Positions 1-10,838 are shown, counted from the stretch's first letter. The stretch: DNA of 49,101 nucleotides from Candidatus Hadarchaeales archaeon (GCA_038851755.1 JAWCKR010000009.1:1-49101); one strand, 5' to 3'. Notes: a model not told the origin generated them from the letters alone. Numbers and translations: made by a program.

Positions 1-2
1 AC

Positions 3-530
3 CTGCCCAAGGAGAACGCCAGGGAGCTGGTGCTCTCCCGGGACTGGACCTTCCTGCGGGAGCTCCACTTCGAGGGCACGGAGGAGCTGGAGGTGCCCGT
101 GCTGGCCACCCTTAAGGTTTCCCCCTCCGTGCTTCCGGGTTCGAGGGTAAACCTGTACGTCTGCGACCTCCAGACGGACAACCTTACCCTGCTGGTCGGA
201 AACGCCACGGTGACTAGGGTGATGAGTTCGGAGACAGACCTCAGGACCATCAACTGGAGCAGGACCGTGGGCACGGTCTCTTACTCCTACACCATGGATG
301 TCTGGGAGACCCTGAAGGCAGCTGCGGGAGGGTCCACCGATGCCGCGGCCCTGGACCTGGCAGGTTATGTTTCCAAGGTCCTCAGCTCCCTGCAGGGGGC
401 CGGGGCGGGGGAGTTGGGCCTGGAGATGGTGTACTTGGTGAGGGTCCCCCGGGAGGCCGGGGAGCTCATCCTCCAGTACGAGTTCTATCAAACGGCATCC
501 AAGGATGTGATCCTGGCCTCAGTGGCGTGA
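3..530 (+). CDS. C-terminal part of a hypothetical, probably extracellular protein (5' end outside the window)
   Basis: The frame of ORF 30..530 stays open back to position 3. The product is Thr/Val/Ser-rich with N-glycosylation sequons NLT, NAT and NWS, and lies directly upstream of the pilus ATPase. Confidence 0.6.
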   Translation: MPKENARELVLSRDWTFLRELHFEGTEELEVPVLATLKVSPSVLPGSRVNLYVCDLQTDNLTLLVGNATVTRVMSSETDLRTINWSRTVGTVSYSYTMDVWETLKAAAGGSTDAAALDLAGYVSKVLSSLQGAGAGELGLEMVYLVRVPREAGELILQYEFYQTASKDVILASVA

Positions 531-576
531 GCTATTCTCCCTTTTTTCCTAGCGCTGAGGAATATGGGGGAAGGGA

Positions 577-3500
577 GTGGGAGAGAGGAAAGAGGGAAAG
601 CGGAAGGAGATAGAGCGGCTTCTGAAGCTTAAAGAGGAGCAGGCCGGCGGGAAGGAAGTCCTCTCCCGTCTTCTGGGGGAGCCCCCCAAGCAGGCCCCTT
701 CTCCGCCAGCTGCCCCCAAGAGGCCCTCCCCCGAGGGGGAGAAAGCTGGTCCCGTGCTTTCCGCCGAGGTGAAGGGAAAGGTGGAGAAGGTGCTGGACCG
801 CTACGGAACGGCGGAGATCCTGAAGCTGGAGGGGGAGAGCCTCCCCCTGTACCGGCTGAGGATCCCCGACCTCACGGATAAGGAAAGGGAGCTGCTGGCC
901 ACCTGCAAGAAGAAGGCCGTGGAGGAAATCAAGGTGGACCCAGAGAGCATCGCCGATCCCTCCGAGCGCCGGAGGGTCTTCATGCAGGAGCTCATGAAGA
1001 TCCTGGAAAGGGAGAGCAAGGGCATGCGCCTGCCCCCGGCCAGGGTGAAGGAGCTCTCCGAGCTGGCCTTCCACGACATGATAGGTTACGGGCCGCTCGA
1101 TTACCTCATCTCCGATGACAAGCTGGAGGACATCCTGGTGATAGGGGTGAACAAGCCTGTCTATGTCTACCACAGCAGGTACGGGATGTGCTCCACCAAC
1201 ATCGTCTTTGAGGAGGAGGACACCATCCGGTACTACATAGACAAGATGGCCAGGCTGGTGGGCAGGAGGATAGACCACCAGATGCCCCTCCTGGACGCCC
1301 GCCTCCCCGACGGCAGCAGGATCAACGCCACCATCCCCCCGGTCTCCCTGGAGGGGCCCACCCTCTCCATCAGGAAGTTCAGAAAGGACCCCCTCACGGT
1401 GGTGGACCTGATGAACTTCGGCACCCTCTCCCCCGAGGTGGGGGCTCTCCTCTGGCTCCTGGTCCACGGTCTGGACGTGAAGCCCGCCAACATCCTCTTC
1501 GCGGGTGGGACGGGGAGCGGGAAGACCACCCTCCTCAACTCCGCCACCACCTTCGTCCCCGAGCACGAGAGGATCATCTCGATAGAGGACAGCGTGAGTG
1601 GGGAGGCGGAGGTGCTGGCCAGGGTGGAGGGTAGGGTGATCAGGACCACGCTGGGTGAGCTGGTGGAAAGGGCCCTGCAGGAGAGGGGATGGAGGGCGGT
1701 CTCCGGTCACGAGGTGGGAGAGGCCCCTTGGGAGGTCCTGACCCTGGATGGGGAGGGTAAGGTGCGCTTCGAGAGGCCCAGCCTCTTCATCAGGCACTGG
1801 GTGAGGAAGCCGCTGGTCAGGATTCGCACGGCTACGGGGAGGGAGATCAGGGTTACCAAGGATCATTCCCTTTTTGGGGTGAGAGAAGGGGAGTTTCGTC
1901 CCATCAGGGGTGGGGAGCTGAGGATTGGGGACTATCTGGCAGTTCCGGGGAGAATCAGGATAGAGGGGGAAGACCCTACCTTCGATCTGACTAGCGATTC
2001 CAGGTTTGGGAGGTTCAAGCTGGCGGCCGACGGGGGGATGTACGCGCCCCACGTGACCTCTCCCCAAATCCTCCCCCCCAGGATCAAGCTGTGCGAGGAG
2101 CTGGGGATTCTGGCCGGTATCTGGTTGGCGGACGGTTTCTACGACAAGAACTCCGTGGGCTTTTCCGTCGGACAGAAGGGTGAGCTGGCTGAAACCGTGA
2201 GGAGGCTCGCCTCCCGGCTGGGGCTTAGGGTGCGAGAGCACAGCGACGGGCACTCCCTCCTCATAAACTCCGCCGTTTTCAAGACCCTCTTCCAGGAGGT
2301 GCTGGGGCTAAGGGGGGACGACTACGAGCGCAGGGTCCCGGAGGTTTTCCTCGGGGCCACGGAGGAGGTGGTAGCTGGGCTCCTGCGCGGTTACCTGAGC
2401 GCCGATGGATGCGTGACAAGATACGAGGTTCAGTTCTCTTCCGCCTCCCCAGCTCTCCTGCGGGACCTCCAGGCCCTCCTCCTCAGGTTCGGCATCATCT
2501 CCCGCCTGAGGCTGAAGGAGAGGATGGTGGGAAGCTACGGTGGGAGGGGGGTATACAGGGGTTCCATCTCCGGCGCCAGGTTCCTCCGCCTCCTGAGGGA
2601 GAGGATAGGGCTGATAGGGGAGGAAAAGAGGAGGAAGTTGGAGCAGGCCGCTTCCCGCAGGACGAGACAGGAAACGGATTCCCTCCCTCTCGCGGGGAGG
2701 TTGAGGGAGGAGCTGAGGGAGCATAGAGCCGGGTTGGCCGGAAAGCTGGGGAAGAACCATTGGTTCCTCTCCCGCCTCAGGAGGGCCCTTCGGAGGGGGA
2801 GGGTAGGGAGGGAGGAAGTGCTGGTGCTGGGGGAGCTTTCCCCCGCCTTCAGGAGGACGGCCCTTTACAGGCTGGCCAGGAGCGATCTCTACTTCGACAG
2901 GGTCGTGGGCGTGGAAGAGGAGGAAGGGGAGGGATATGTCTACGACCTCAGCCTGCCCGAGACCCAGAGCTTCGTGTGCAACCAGATCCTCTGCCACAAC
3001 ACCGCGGAGCTTCAATTGCCCCACCCCCACTGGGTGAGGCTTGAGTGCGTTCACCCGTCCACCCACTTCGTGGACGGGGAGGGCGTGTTGAGGGAGGTGG
3101 GGAAGACCTTCGAGCTTGAGCTGAAGAGTCATAGGGGTGAAATCCTTCTCTCGGGTGCCAATCTCTACCTCAGGAAGCCCAATCCGCTGCGGACTTTGCT
3201 GGCCACGGAGACTGCTCGCCTGAGGGTTTTCAGGGACAGGGTGGAGCTTTTGGGCAGAACGCACATACCCGAGTACTGGGTTAGGGTGAGAACCTCCGAC
3301 GGTTCTGAGTTGAGACTAACCCCTGGTTCACCCCTCATCGCCCTCTCGGGAGGGAGAAGGGTGCGGGTGAGGGCGGAGGACCTGAGGCCAGGCGATTATC
3401 TCCCCGTCCTCAGGAGAATAAAGGCCAGGGGACGTGCTGTCGGGATTGACCCATACTCGATTTTTGGGCCCCGCTGGAGGGTCCCGAGCGAGGAGGCCCT

Positions 3501-6500
3501 TCCTAAGCTCCGGAGGCTGGTTGGGAAGCTCAAGAAGCGTGGGCTCACCAATCGGGAGCTGGCGAGGATGGCCGGGGTCTCCCTCAAGAGCTTGGAGGGC
3601 TTCCTCTACAAGAAGGGGAACCCGAACCACATTCCCCTAGGAGTTTTGATCAGGCTCTCAGAAGGTGTCGGGGAGAGACCCCCCCGTGTACGCATGCTGG
3701 TGGGGAGAAGGGGGAAAGTCCCGGTGAGGATTCCCGGGAAGGTGGACGAAGGGCTCTCCTATCTCGCCGGCGTCATCTCTGGTGACGGAAGTCTGGAGGA
3801 GTACCGGATAAAGATTTACCCTGGAAGGAGGATGGGTCGGATTTCCACCCTCTTCAGGGAGAGCTTCGGCCTGTTGCCAGTGGTGAGGAAGAGGGTGAGG
3901 AAGGGCAAGACCGAGTGGTGCTACGTGGTGGACTCTGCGGTGGTTAGCCACTTCTTCAGGAAGGTCTTTGGCCTGCCCGTGGGGAAGAAGGCGAAGTCGG
4001 TGAAGGTTCCGGAGGTAATCCAGAGGTCGGAAGAGGGAGTGATAGCCGCCTATCTCGCCGGGCTGGTCGATACGGATGGGTGCGTGGACTGGAGGAACAA
4101 CAGGATCTTCCTGAGCACCTCGAGCCGGGAGCTGGCTTTCGGGGTGAGATACCTCCTCCTCAGGTTGGGGGTCTTCAGCAAGCTCCGGAGGAGGAAAGGT
4201 GGTTTCAAGCGGAGCTTCGGGTACCAGGTGGTGGTGAGCGGCAGGGAGAGCGAGAGCCTCGCCTCAAAGCTCCTCCCTTACCTGGAGGATCGTAATAGGA
4301 AGCGGGCCCGCGCCATGCTGGGGAGGGACTGGCAGCACCGTCCCAGGGGGGTCCTGGTGGGGGAGGGTGATGCCCTGTGGTGCAAGGTGGTGGAGGTGAG
4401 GAGGGAGAGGAACTGGCGGGCCACACCCTCCTATAACGTGGCCCCGGCTTCCTCCCATTATTATCCGGCGGGGGAAACGGGTCTGATAGCCACCAACCCC
4501 AACACCCGTCCCCCCAACATCGAGGGGCGCGGGGAAATTACCATGGACGATCTGGTTAAAAACGCCCTCCGCATGAGACCCGATCGGATCGTGGTGGGGG
4601 AGGTCAGGGGGCCCGAGGCCAGGACCATGTTCACGGCCATGAACACGGGACATAATGGTGCCCTCTTCGATACCTCAGTCATTCAGTTCCCTGATGGAAG
4701 CCACAGGCTGATCGGGGAGGTATGCGAGGGGCTCTTCCGAAAGTACGCCGGGAGGGAGAGGAAGTACAGGGACCTGGAGTTCATCGAACTTGAGGAGGGG
4801 GACAGGTTCGACGTGGTCAGCGTGGACGGGAGGCTGAAGGCGGGCGTGCACACCGTGACGAGGGTCTGGCGCAGGAAGGTCAGGAAGGGAGAGAAGATGG
4901 TCAGGATCCTGACGAGGTCCGGTCAGGAGGTGATCCTCACGAGGAACCACCCGCTCTTCACGATAGCGGGAGGTGAGGTGGTGAGAAAGGAGGCAGGCTC
5001 CCTGAAACCAGGGGAGTTCGTGGCCTGCCTGCTCTCCCCTCCCGTGGAGGAGAGGGAACCGCGGGTGGATCTGGAGCTCTTCAGAGGCCTGAGCCGGTAT
5101 CTCCTTGTGCCGGACGAGGAGGGAGAGGTCACCTTCCTCGGGAGGAGGTACAGGAAGGTCCCGAACAACGGGGGTGATGAGCTGTGGAGGGCGGAGTTCA
5201 TGCTGAGCCCCAACAGCCATCCCGTGCGCATCCCCTCTTCCATTTCCACTGAGCTGGCTTACCTTGCCGGGGTGGTGTGCGGGGACGGGTACCTCTCGTC
5301 CGGCGGGTACTTCACCTCTGCGACCTTTGACGACGAGGAGTATCTGGAGGAGTTCATCAGGTGCGCCAGGATTTACCTGCCGGGCTACGAGTTCCGGGGG
5401 AGAAGGGAGGAGAAGTTCTGCAGACTGGACCTGGGGTCTAAGATTTTCTCCGAGGTGCTGGCCAGGGTCTTTGGAATCCCCAGAGGGAGCAAAGCTGCCA
5501 GCTGGACCGTGCCCGATCTCGTGCTGGTGCGGAGAGAGATCCTCTCGAGCTACCTGGCTGGGCTCTTCGATGCCGATGGGTCGGTGGATGCGGGAACCCC
5601 TTCCATCATGCTCACCACCAAGAGCGAGGAGGGAGCGAGGAAAGTCTGGTACGGTCTGCAGAGGCTGGGCATTCCGGCCGTAGTGAGGAAGTACGAGAAC
5701 AGGGGGTGGGGGAAGGGCGCGCTTTACCGGGTCATGGTCAGGGGAGTGGAGAACCTGGAGAGATTTCTGAAGACCATCCCCATGCACCACGGACGCAAGC
5801 GGAGGGAGCTTGAGAGGGTGGTCAGGGAGCAGAGGTCGTATCGCGGGACCTACGTGGAGAGGGTGCCAGGGGTGGGGGAGAGCCTCAGGAGACTGAGGGA
5901 GTCCCTGGGACTGAGCGTGGCGGAGCTCTCCAGGAGAGCTTCCAGGCACTTGAGGGTGAGCGAGAGCCTCATCCGCCACCTCGAGAAGGGGAGGACCCTG
6001 GCGGTGGGCAGGAGGGCCCTGGGCGCCATGGCATCCGTCATGCTGGAGGAGGCGAAAAAGAGGGGGGATGCAGGGGCAGTGGAGGTTGCGTGCAAGCTCG
6101 GTTTGCTGGCATCTTCGGACGTTTACTGGGATGAGGTGGAGAGGGTGGAGGAGGCGGAGCTGGAAGGAAAGACCGTGTACGACCTGACGGTGGACGAGGA
6201 CCACAACTACGTGGCCAACGGGGTCCTAGTTTCCAACTGTATGGGCACCCTCCATGCCAACAGCGCGGCCGAGACCATCACCCGCCTCACCGAGGCCCCC
6301 ATGAGCGTGCCCCCCATCATGATTCCCGCGCTGGACGTGGTGGTGATGCTCCAGCGCATCTACCACAGGCAGAAGGGTCACCTCCGCAGGATCACGGAGA
6401 TAGCCGAGGTCACGGGCCTGGAGGGGGGAAAGCCCCAGCTGAGCAGGATCTTCAAGTGGAACCCCAGGACGGACAGGGTGGAGCCCACGGGGGTCCCCCT

Positions 6501-6693
6501 GAAGTTCAGGCAGGTCCTCTCCGAGCTCAGCGGCAGGAGCGGGACGGAGATAGAGGTGGAGCTCAAGCGGAGGGCGGCGGTGCTGGAGTGGATGAGGGCG
6601 AAGGGGATAAGGAACGTGTTCGAGGTGGGCCGCGTGATCCAGGAGTACTATCAGGACCCCGAGGGCGTGCTCAAGAAAGTGAAGGGGGGATAG
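577..6693 (+). CDS. klbA: KlbA/TadA/VirB11-family type IV pilus assembly ATPase precursor with three inteins (about 556 aa after splicing)
   Basis: Walker [10 protein letters not shown], Asp box SIED|[18 protein letters not shown] and His box TGHNG|CMGTLHAN. The motifs are split by three insertions with intein termini. Followed by two TadB/C genes. Confidence 0.93.
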   Translation: MGERKEGKRKEIERLLKLKEEQAGGKEVLSRLLGEPPKQAPSPPAAPKRPSPEGEKAGPVLSAEVKGKVEKVLDRYGTAEILKLEGESLPLYRLRIPDLTDKERELLATCKKKAVEEIKVDPESIADPSERRRVFMQELMKILERESKGMRLPPARVKELSELAFHDMIGYGPLDYLISDDKLEDILVIGVNKPVYVYHSRYGMCSTNIVFEEEDTIRYYIDKMARLVGRRIDHQMPLLDARLPDGSRINATIPPVSLEGPTLSIRKFRKDPLTVVDLMNFGTLSPEVGALLWLLVHGLDVKPANILFAGGTGSGKTTLLNSATTFVPEHERIISIEDSVSGEAEVLARVEGRVIRTTLGELVERALQERGWRAVSGHEVGEAPWEVLTLDGEGKVRFERPSLFIRHWVRKPLVRIRTATGREIRVTKDHSLFGVREGEFRPIRGGELRIGDYLAVPGRIRIEGEDPTFDLTSDSRFGRFKLAADGGMYAPHVTSPQILPPRIKLCEELGILAGIWLADGFYDKNSVGFSVGQKGELAETVRRLASRLGLRVREHSDGHSLLINSAVFKTLFQEVLGLRGDDYERRVPEVFLGATEEVVAGLLRGYLSADGCVTRYEVQFSSASPALLRDLQALLLRFGIISRLRLKERMVGSYGGRGVYRGSISGARFLRLLRERIGLIGEEKRRKLEQAASRRTRQETDSLPLAGRLREELREHRAGLAGKLGKNHWFLSRLRRALRRGRVGREEVLVLGELSPAFRRTALYRLARSDLYFDRVVGVEEEEGEGYVYDLSLPETQSFVCNQILCHNTAELQLPHPHWVRLECVHPSTHFVDGEGVLREVGKTFELELKSHRGEILLSGANLYLRKPNPLRTLLATETARLRVFRDRVELLGRTHIPEYWVRVRTSDGSELRLTPGSPLIALSGGRRVRVRAEDLRPGDYLPVLRRIKARGRAVGIDPYSIFGPRWRVPSEEALPKLRRLVGKLKKRGLTNRELARMAGVSLKSLEGFLYKKGNPNHIPLGVLIRLSEGVGERPPRVRMLVGRRGKVPVRIPGKVDEGLSYLAGVISGDGSLEEYRIKIYPGRRMGRISTLFRESFGLLPVVRKRVRKGKTEWCYVVDSAVVSHFFRKVFGLPVGKKAKSVKVPEVIQRSEEGVIAAYLAGLVDTDGCVDWRNNRIFLSTSSRELAFGVRYLLLRLGVFSKLRRRKGGFKRSFGYQVVVSGRESESLASKLLPYLEDRNRKRARAMLGRDWQHRPRGVLVGEGDALWCKVVEVRRERNWRATPSYNVAPASSHYYPAGETGLIATNPNTRPPNIEGRGEITMDDLVKNALRMRPDRIVVGEVRGPEARTMFTAMNTGHNGALFDTSVIQFPDGSHRLIGEVCEGLFRKYAGRERKYRDLEFIELEEGDRFDVVSVDGRLKAGVHTVTRVWRRKVRKGEKMVRILTRSGQEVILTRNHPLFTIAGGEVVRKEAGSLKPGEFVACLLSPPVEEREPRVDLELFRGLSRYLLVPDEEGEVTFLGRRYRKVPNNGGDELWRAEFMLSPNSHPVRIPSSISTELAYLAGVVCGDGYLSSGGYFTSATFDDEEYLEEFIRCARIYLPGYEFRGRREEKFCRLDLGSKIFSEVLARVFGIPRGSKAASWTVPDLVLVRREILSSYLAGLFDADGSVDAGTPSIMLTTKSEEGARKVWYGLQRLGIPAVVRKYENRGWGKGALYRVMVRGVENLERFLKTIPMHHGRKRRELERVVREQRSYRGTYVERVPGVGESLRRLRESLGLSVAELSRRASRHLRVSESLIRHLEKGRTLAVGRRALGAMASVMLEEAKKRGDAGAVEVACKLGLLASSDVYWDEVERVEEAELEGKTVYDLTVDEDHNYVANGVLVSNCMGTLHANSAAETITRLTEAPMSVPPIMIPALDVVVMLQRIYHRQKGHLRRITEIAEVTGLEGGKPQLSRIFKWNPRTDRVEPTGVPLKFRQVLSELSGRSGTEIEVELKRRAAVLEWMRAKGIRNVFEVGRVIQEYYQDPEGVLKKVKGG
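1591..3000 (+). mobile_element. Intein 1 (470 aa, Ser1) with LAGLIDADG homing endonuclease
   Basis: Junctions IED|SVSGEAE and QILCHN|TAEL. Block B IRVTKDH, LAGLIDADG motifs LAGIWLADG and [10 protein letters not shown], block F VYDLSL. Confidence 0.92.
3046..4503 (+). mobile_element. Intein 2 (486 aa, Cys1, non-canonical) with LAGLIDADG endonuclease and XRE-like HTH
   Basis: Junctions WVRLE|CVHPST and GLIATNPN|TRPPNIEG; removal restores WVRLETRPPN. Motifs LAGVISGDG and [10 protein letters not shown]. Block B reads LRLTPGSP, with no His. Confidence 0.85.
4660..6237 (+). mobile_element. Intein 3 (526 aa, Ala1, KlbA-type class 2) with LAGLIDADG endonuclease and HTH
   Basis: Junctions TGHNG|ALFDTS and GVLVSN|CMGTLHAN match the KlbA intein site and termini (Ala1, Ser-Asn end, Cys+1). 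Block B ILTRNHP; motifs LAGVVCGDG and [10 protein letters not shown]. Confidence 0.92.
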
Positions 6694-6697
6694 CGGG

Positions 6698-7783
6698 ATG
6701 GGCAGGAGGAGGGGCTGGCTTTCCCGCTGGTTCTCCAGAGTAGGGGGAGGGGTGGTGAGGACGGGGGAGGCCGTGGGCCGTGCGGGTGACCTGGCCAAGC
6801 TCAGGCCCTCCAAGGAGGACGAGGTGACGAGGAGGCTCAGGGAGCTCAAGGAGCTGGAGCTCAGAGCAGAGGAGGAGAGGAAGGAAGCGGAGAGGGAGAC
6901 CAGGGAGAGGAGGCTGAGGGAGGTCAGGAAGGAGGAGCTGGGCAGGCCCCTCTCCGAGCGCCTCTCCCAGACCTTCTACGGTCCCTTCCGGCGCCCGGCG
7001 GAGAAGCTCATGGGGTTCTTCAAGGGTATCGACCAGGACCTGTACCGGGCCAACCTCCCCTTCTCCCCCGACAGGTACGTCTCCACGGTGCTGGGGGTGA
7101 GCCTGCTGGTGGCCCTCCTCTCCTTCATCCTTTCCTTCCTCATGTTCTCACCCCTCTTGGCCCTGCTGGTGGCCCCCTCCTCCTTCTTCTTCACCTTCGT
7201 GTTCGGGAGGGTTTATCCCAGGAGCAGGGTGAAGAGCAGGTCGGTGCGCATCAACAGGGAGATCCCCTACGCTCTCAGGCACATGGCCACCCACCTCTCC
7301 TCCGGGATAGGTCTTCCCGAGAGCGTGACCTCGGTGAGCAAGGCCAACTACGGGGTGCTCTCGGAGGAGTTCGAGAGGGTGGTGAGGGACATGAACGGGG
7401 GGATGAGCATGGAGGAGGCGCTCACCGCCCTGGCCCAGAGGGTGGAGTCCGAGCCCCTCAGGCGCTTCGTCAGGCAGGTGGTGAGGACCCTCAGGGTGGG
7501 GGGGGACCTCTCCCACCTGCTCAACTCCCTGGCGGACGAGACCTCCTTCGAGATGCGCATGAAGCTCAGGGACTACACCCAGTCCCTGAACATGCTCACC
7601 CTCATCTACATGTTCGCCTCCTCCGTGGTTCCTGCCCTCCTCATCATCATGACCACCGTGACCTCGGGGATGGGGGGAGCCACCCTCACCACCCAGTCGG
7701 CCGCCGTGCTCTTCTTCCTCCTGGTCCCCCTCCTGCTGGTGGTCTTCCTCTTCATGGTGAAAAGGTTCGAGCCGAGGTTGTGA
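6698..7783 (+). CDS. Type II secretion F-domain (TadB/TadC-like) pilus platform membrane protein
   Basis: Motif INREIPYALRHMATHLSSGIGL...YGVLSEEF...G.SMEEAL, several TM segments, 4 bp after the ATPase. Confidence 0.88.
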   Translation: MGRRRGWLSRWFSRVGGGVVRTGEAVGRAGDLAKLRPSKEDEVTRRLRELKELELRAEEERKEAERETRERRLREVRKEELGRPLSERLSQTFYGPFRRPAEKLMGFFKGIDQDLYRANLPFSPDRYVSTVLGVSLLVALLSFILSFLMFSPLLALLVAPSSFFFTFVFGRVYPRSRVKSRSVRINREIPYALRHMATHLSSGIGLPESVTSVSKANYGVLSEEFERVVRDMNGGMSMEEALTALAQRVESEPLRRFVRQVVRTLRVGGDLSHLLNSLADETSFEMRMKLRDYTQSLNMLTLIYMFASSVVPALLIIMTTVTSGMGGATLTTQSAAVLFFLLVPLLLVVFLFMVKRFEPRL

Positions 7784-7784
7784 G

Positions 7785-8684
7785 ATGGGACTGGTGGAGA
7801 GGGCGGCGAAACTTTCCAGGCGCCTCCTGCCCGGCAGGCTGCTGGAGAGGATAGATCGCAAGCTCCTCTCCACGGGCATCCTGCTCAGCGCGGAGGAGTA
7901 CGCGGGCATCTGCCTCCTCTTCTCGCTGGTGGGTGGGGCGGTGGCAGGGATCCTGGGCCTCTTCCTCCTCTCCCCCGCCCTCTTCCTACCCCTTTTCCTG
8001 GTGGGCCTTCTGGGGACCTTCTTCGGGGGGGCCTTCGGCCTCCCTTCCTACCTCGTGCAGCGGAGGGCGGCCAGGCTGGAGAGGGAGCTTCCCGATGCCC
8101 TCAGGCAGATGGCCAGCACCCTGAGGGCGGGGATGAGCATAGACGTGGCGATGGAGGAGGTGGCCAGGTCCGGTTACGGGGTCCTGTCCGCGGAGTTCGA
8201 GAGGGCCCTGGCGGAGGTGAGGCGCGGGCGCCCCCTGGTGGAGGCCCTCTGGGCCATCTCCCTGAGGTCTGGCTCCCCCCTCTTCGAGAGGGCCTTCGGG
8301 CTCCTCATAGAGGGCATAGAGAGGGGGGTGGCGCTGGCGGATGTTCTGCAGGCGGTGGCCAGGGACATAGGGGAGGTGCACGCCCTCCAGAGGGAGAGGA
8401 GGGCCACCACCACCCAGCAGGTCCTCTTCCTGGTGGCGGTCTCCCTCTTCGCCTCCCCCTTCATCCTGGGCCTCACGGTCTCCATAGGGGGGGCCGGTGG
8501 AGGGGTGAGGATGCCGGAGGGGATGGGGGCCATCGTGCTCGGCTACACCCTCATCCAGGCCTCCCTCTGTGCTCTGGCGGTGGGAATCGTGAGGTACGGG
8601 AAGATGTCCAAGGGCTTCACCTTCCTGCCCCCCTTCCTGGTGGCCTCCGCCCTGGTCTTCAAGCTCTCGGGCTTCCTGGTGTGA
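7785..8684 (+). CDS. Second T2SS-F (TadC-like) pilus platform membrane protein
   Basis: Motif LERELPDALRQMASTLRAG...YGVLSAEF, TM segments, 1 bp after the previous gene. Confidence 0.88.
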   Translation: MGLVERAAKLSRRLLPGRLLERIDRKLLSTGILLSAEEYAGICLLFSLVGGAVAGILGLFLLSPALFLPLFLVGLLGTFFGGAFGLPSYLVQRRAARLERELPDALRQMASTLRAGMSIDVAMEEVARSGYGVLSAEFERALAEVRRGRPLVEALWAISLRSGSPLFERAFGLLIEGIERGVALADVLQAVARDIGEVHALQRERRATTTQQVLFLVAVSLFASPFILGLTVSIGGAGGGVRMPEGMGAIVLGYTLIQASLCALAVGIVRYGKMSKGFTFLPPFLVASALVFKLSGFLV

Positions 8685-8701
8685 GCGGGTTTCGGGTGTG
8701 G

Positions 8702-8707
8702 TTTAAA
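8702..8707 (+). promoter_or_regulatory. Archaeal TATA box for a leaderless transcript
   Basis: TTTAAA about 25 nt before ATG 8732. Similar spacing recurs before ATG 26607, 29221, 33455 and 47555. Confidence 0.55.
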
Positions 8708-8731
8708 TCCTAGGTGGAAAAGAAAAGACCT

Positions 8732-10288
8732 ATGCCAGAAGCCGGGAGGGGAGTGGAGATAGTGCTCACCTCCGACCTGCCGACCATGAGCAGCTTCGGG
8801 AACGATCCCTTCAAGGCCTTCCTCTGTACCTTCCCCCACCGCTTCGTCCGTCCCTTCCTGGAGAAGTACTTCGAGCCCCAGCTGGACAGGGAGGGTCATC
8901 CCCTCTTCGCTTCCTACGGCCTCAGGAAGGTGGAAAGCCTGCTGGTGCACGCCTTCGGGGAGGAGAGGGTGGCGGTGGCCCACCCCTCCACCCTGGGAAA
9001 GTTCGTGGGCGAGAAGACAAGGGTGATAGGCGTCTCCAGCCACGACCCGATGGGGCTGGCCTACGTGAGCAGGACCTACAATACCCTCCTGGGCCTGGGG
9101 GGGGAGGCCGTCAACCACTACTACTTCAGGCAGCTGATGGAGCATCCCGTGATAAGGGGGAGGAACAGGAACACCAGGCTGGTGGTGGGGGGACCGGGGG
9201 CCTGGCAGATAAGGGAGCTCGGCCTCCAGGAGGCCTTCGGCATAGACGTGCTGGTCCACGGAGACGCCGAGCGAGGCCTGGTGGAGGTGATGCGGGACCT
9301 GCTGGAGGGGAAGGAGGTGGGGAGGGAGGTCTGGCTGGAGAGGGTGGATCCGGAGACGGACTTCATACCCCCCATCCTCAGGCCCTCCAGCTACGGGTGC
9401 GTGGAGATCACCAGGGGGTGCGGCAGGGGGTGTCGCTTCTGCTCCCCCACCACCAGGAAGCCCTATTCCTTCCCCCTCGACTACGTGATGAGGGAGGTGG
9501 AGGTGAACATCAGGGGGGGCTCCCGGTCCCTCTTCGTGGTCACCGATGACCTCTTCCTCTACAGCGTGAGGCCACGCTTCTACCCCAACAGGGAGAAGCT
9601 GGTGGAGCTCTTCTCCAGGATGGCCGCGTACCCGGGGGTGGAGGAGATTCACCTCTCCCACGCGGCCATGGCCCCGGTGGTGGCCGATCCCAAGATGATC
9701 GAGGAGCTCACCCCCATCCTCCTGGAGAAGACCAAGCGGCGTCTCAACGGGGAGCCCTACGTGACGGCGGAGATAGGGGTGGAGACGGGGAGCATCAGGC
9801 TGATGGAGAAGAACATGCACGGGAAGGCCCTGCCCTTCAGCGTCAGGGACTGGCACGAGATCGTGGACACCGGGCTGGGAATCCTGAACGACCACTCCTG
9901 GTACCCCCTCTGCACCTTCCTCGTGGGGACCCCGGAGGAGACGGAGGAGGATACGATACAGACGCTGGAGCTTTTCGACAGGATCGGGGACAAGAAGCTC
10001 TTCTACGTGCCGGTGCTCTTCATCCCCATCAAGGGCACCGCCTGGGAGAACGAGAGGTGCGTGGGGCTCAGGAACCTCTCCGAGCTGCAGTGGGAGGTGA
10101 TCGCCAGGGCGTGGAGCAGGAACCTCAGGATATGGAAGAGGAACAGGGAGAGGGTGATAAAGACCCTGGGCTTTCTCTTCTTCTGGAGCTTCCTCTTCTG
10201 GAAGCACGGGCCCAAGTGCCTGCGTCCGGTGATGAGGTTCCTGGGCGTGCTTCCCGAGCGGCGCTCGCTGGAGGGAGTAAAGTTTTAG
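8732..10288 (+). CDS. B12-binding-type radical SAM protein, candidate tetraether-lipid modifying enzyme (Grs/Gms-like)
   Basis: CxxxCxxC in RGCGRGCRFC, plus YGLRKVES, HDPMGL, VVGGPGAW and GVETGS. The Grs/Gms resemblance is from memory only. Confidence 0.8.
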   Translation: MPEAGRGVEIVLTSDLPTMSSFGNDPFKAFLCTFPHRFVRPFLEKYFEPQLDREGHPLFASYGLRKVESLLVHAFGEERVAVAHPSTLGKFVGEKTRVIGVSSHDPMGLAYVSRTYNTLLGLGGEAVNHYYFRQLMEHPVIRGRNRNTRLVVGGPGAWQIRELGLQEAFGIDVLVHGDAERGLVEVMRDLLEGKEVGREVWLERVDPETDFIPPILRPSSYGCVEITRGCGRGCRFCSPTTRKPYSFPLDYVMREVEVNIRGGSRSLFVVTDDLFLYSVRPRFYPNREKLVELFSRMAAYPGVEEIHLSHAAMAPVVADPKMIEELTPILLEKTKRRLNGEPYVTAEIGVETGSIRLMEKNMHGKALPFSVRDWHEIVDTGLGILNDHSWYPLCTFLVGTPEETEEDTIQTLELFDRIGDKKLFYVPVLFIPIKGTAWENERCVGLRNLSELQWEVIARAWSRNLRIWKRNRERVIKTLGFLFFWSFLFWKHGPKCLRPVMRFLGVLPERRSLEGVKF

Positions 10289-10325
10289 AAGGGGAAAAAA
10301 ATCCAAAAAGTTGGGGGAGATTTTG

Positions 10326-10838
10326 GTGACCTCAGAGGCAGAGAGGGGACTGCCGGCGGTCTGCAGGTTCTGCGGCTACTGGGGGAGGGTGAGCTCTCTT
10401 GTGGAAGAGCTCGAGGGAAAGGTGCGGGACTGCCTTTCCAGGCTCAGCTGGGCCCAGGCGGAGCTGGAGAACCTCCTGAAGAGGATGGGCAGGGAGAGAG
10501 AGGAGGCCTCGGAGGCGGCTGTGGGGAGGCTGATGCTGAGGCTCCTGGAGGTCCTGGACAACTTCGAGAGGGCCCTGAGGAGCGGGGGGGAGGGAAAGGC
10601 CTTCGCGGAGGGTGTGGAGATGATTCACAAACAGCTCCTGAAGGTGCTCGAGGAAGAAGGACTGGAGCCCATCCAGGCGGTGGGCAGGAAGTTCGACCCC
10701 TTCCTGCATGAGGCAGTGGAGCGGGTGGAGGCCCAGGACACGGAGGAGGGCACGGTGGTCGAAGAGCTCCAGCGGGGGTACAGGTTCAGGTCCAGGGTCC
10801 TGAGGGCCTCGAAGGTGAGGGTAGCGAGAGCTTCCTGA
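10326..10838 (+). CDS. grpE: Nucleotide exchange factor GrpE
   Basis: [30 protein letters not shown] and QRGY...RVLRASKV; upstream of dnaK. Start may be GTG 10326 or TTG 10311. Confidence 0.92.
   Translation: MTSEAERGLPAVCRFCGYWGRVSSLVEELEGKVRDCLSRLSWAQAELENLLKRMGREREEASEAAVGRLMLRLLEVLDNFERALRSGGEGKAFAEGVEMIHKQLLKVLEEEGLEPIQAVGRKFDPFLHEAVERVEAQDTEEGTVVEELQRGYRFRSRVLRASKVRVARAS

Noticed and set aside
532-6849. Long antisense ORFs (573, 318, 509 aa and others) opposite the ATPase, and similar ones opposite dnaK, deoA, thermosome and the radical SAM genes
   Set aside because: They are shadow ORFs of GC-rich, purine-loaded coding strands, Pro/His/Leu-rich and without motifs. The opposite strand carries clear family signatures.
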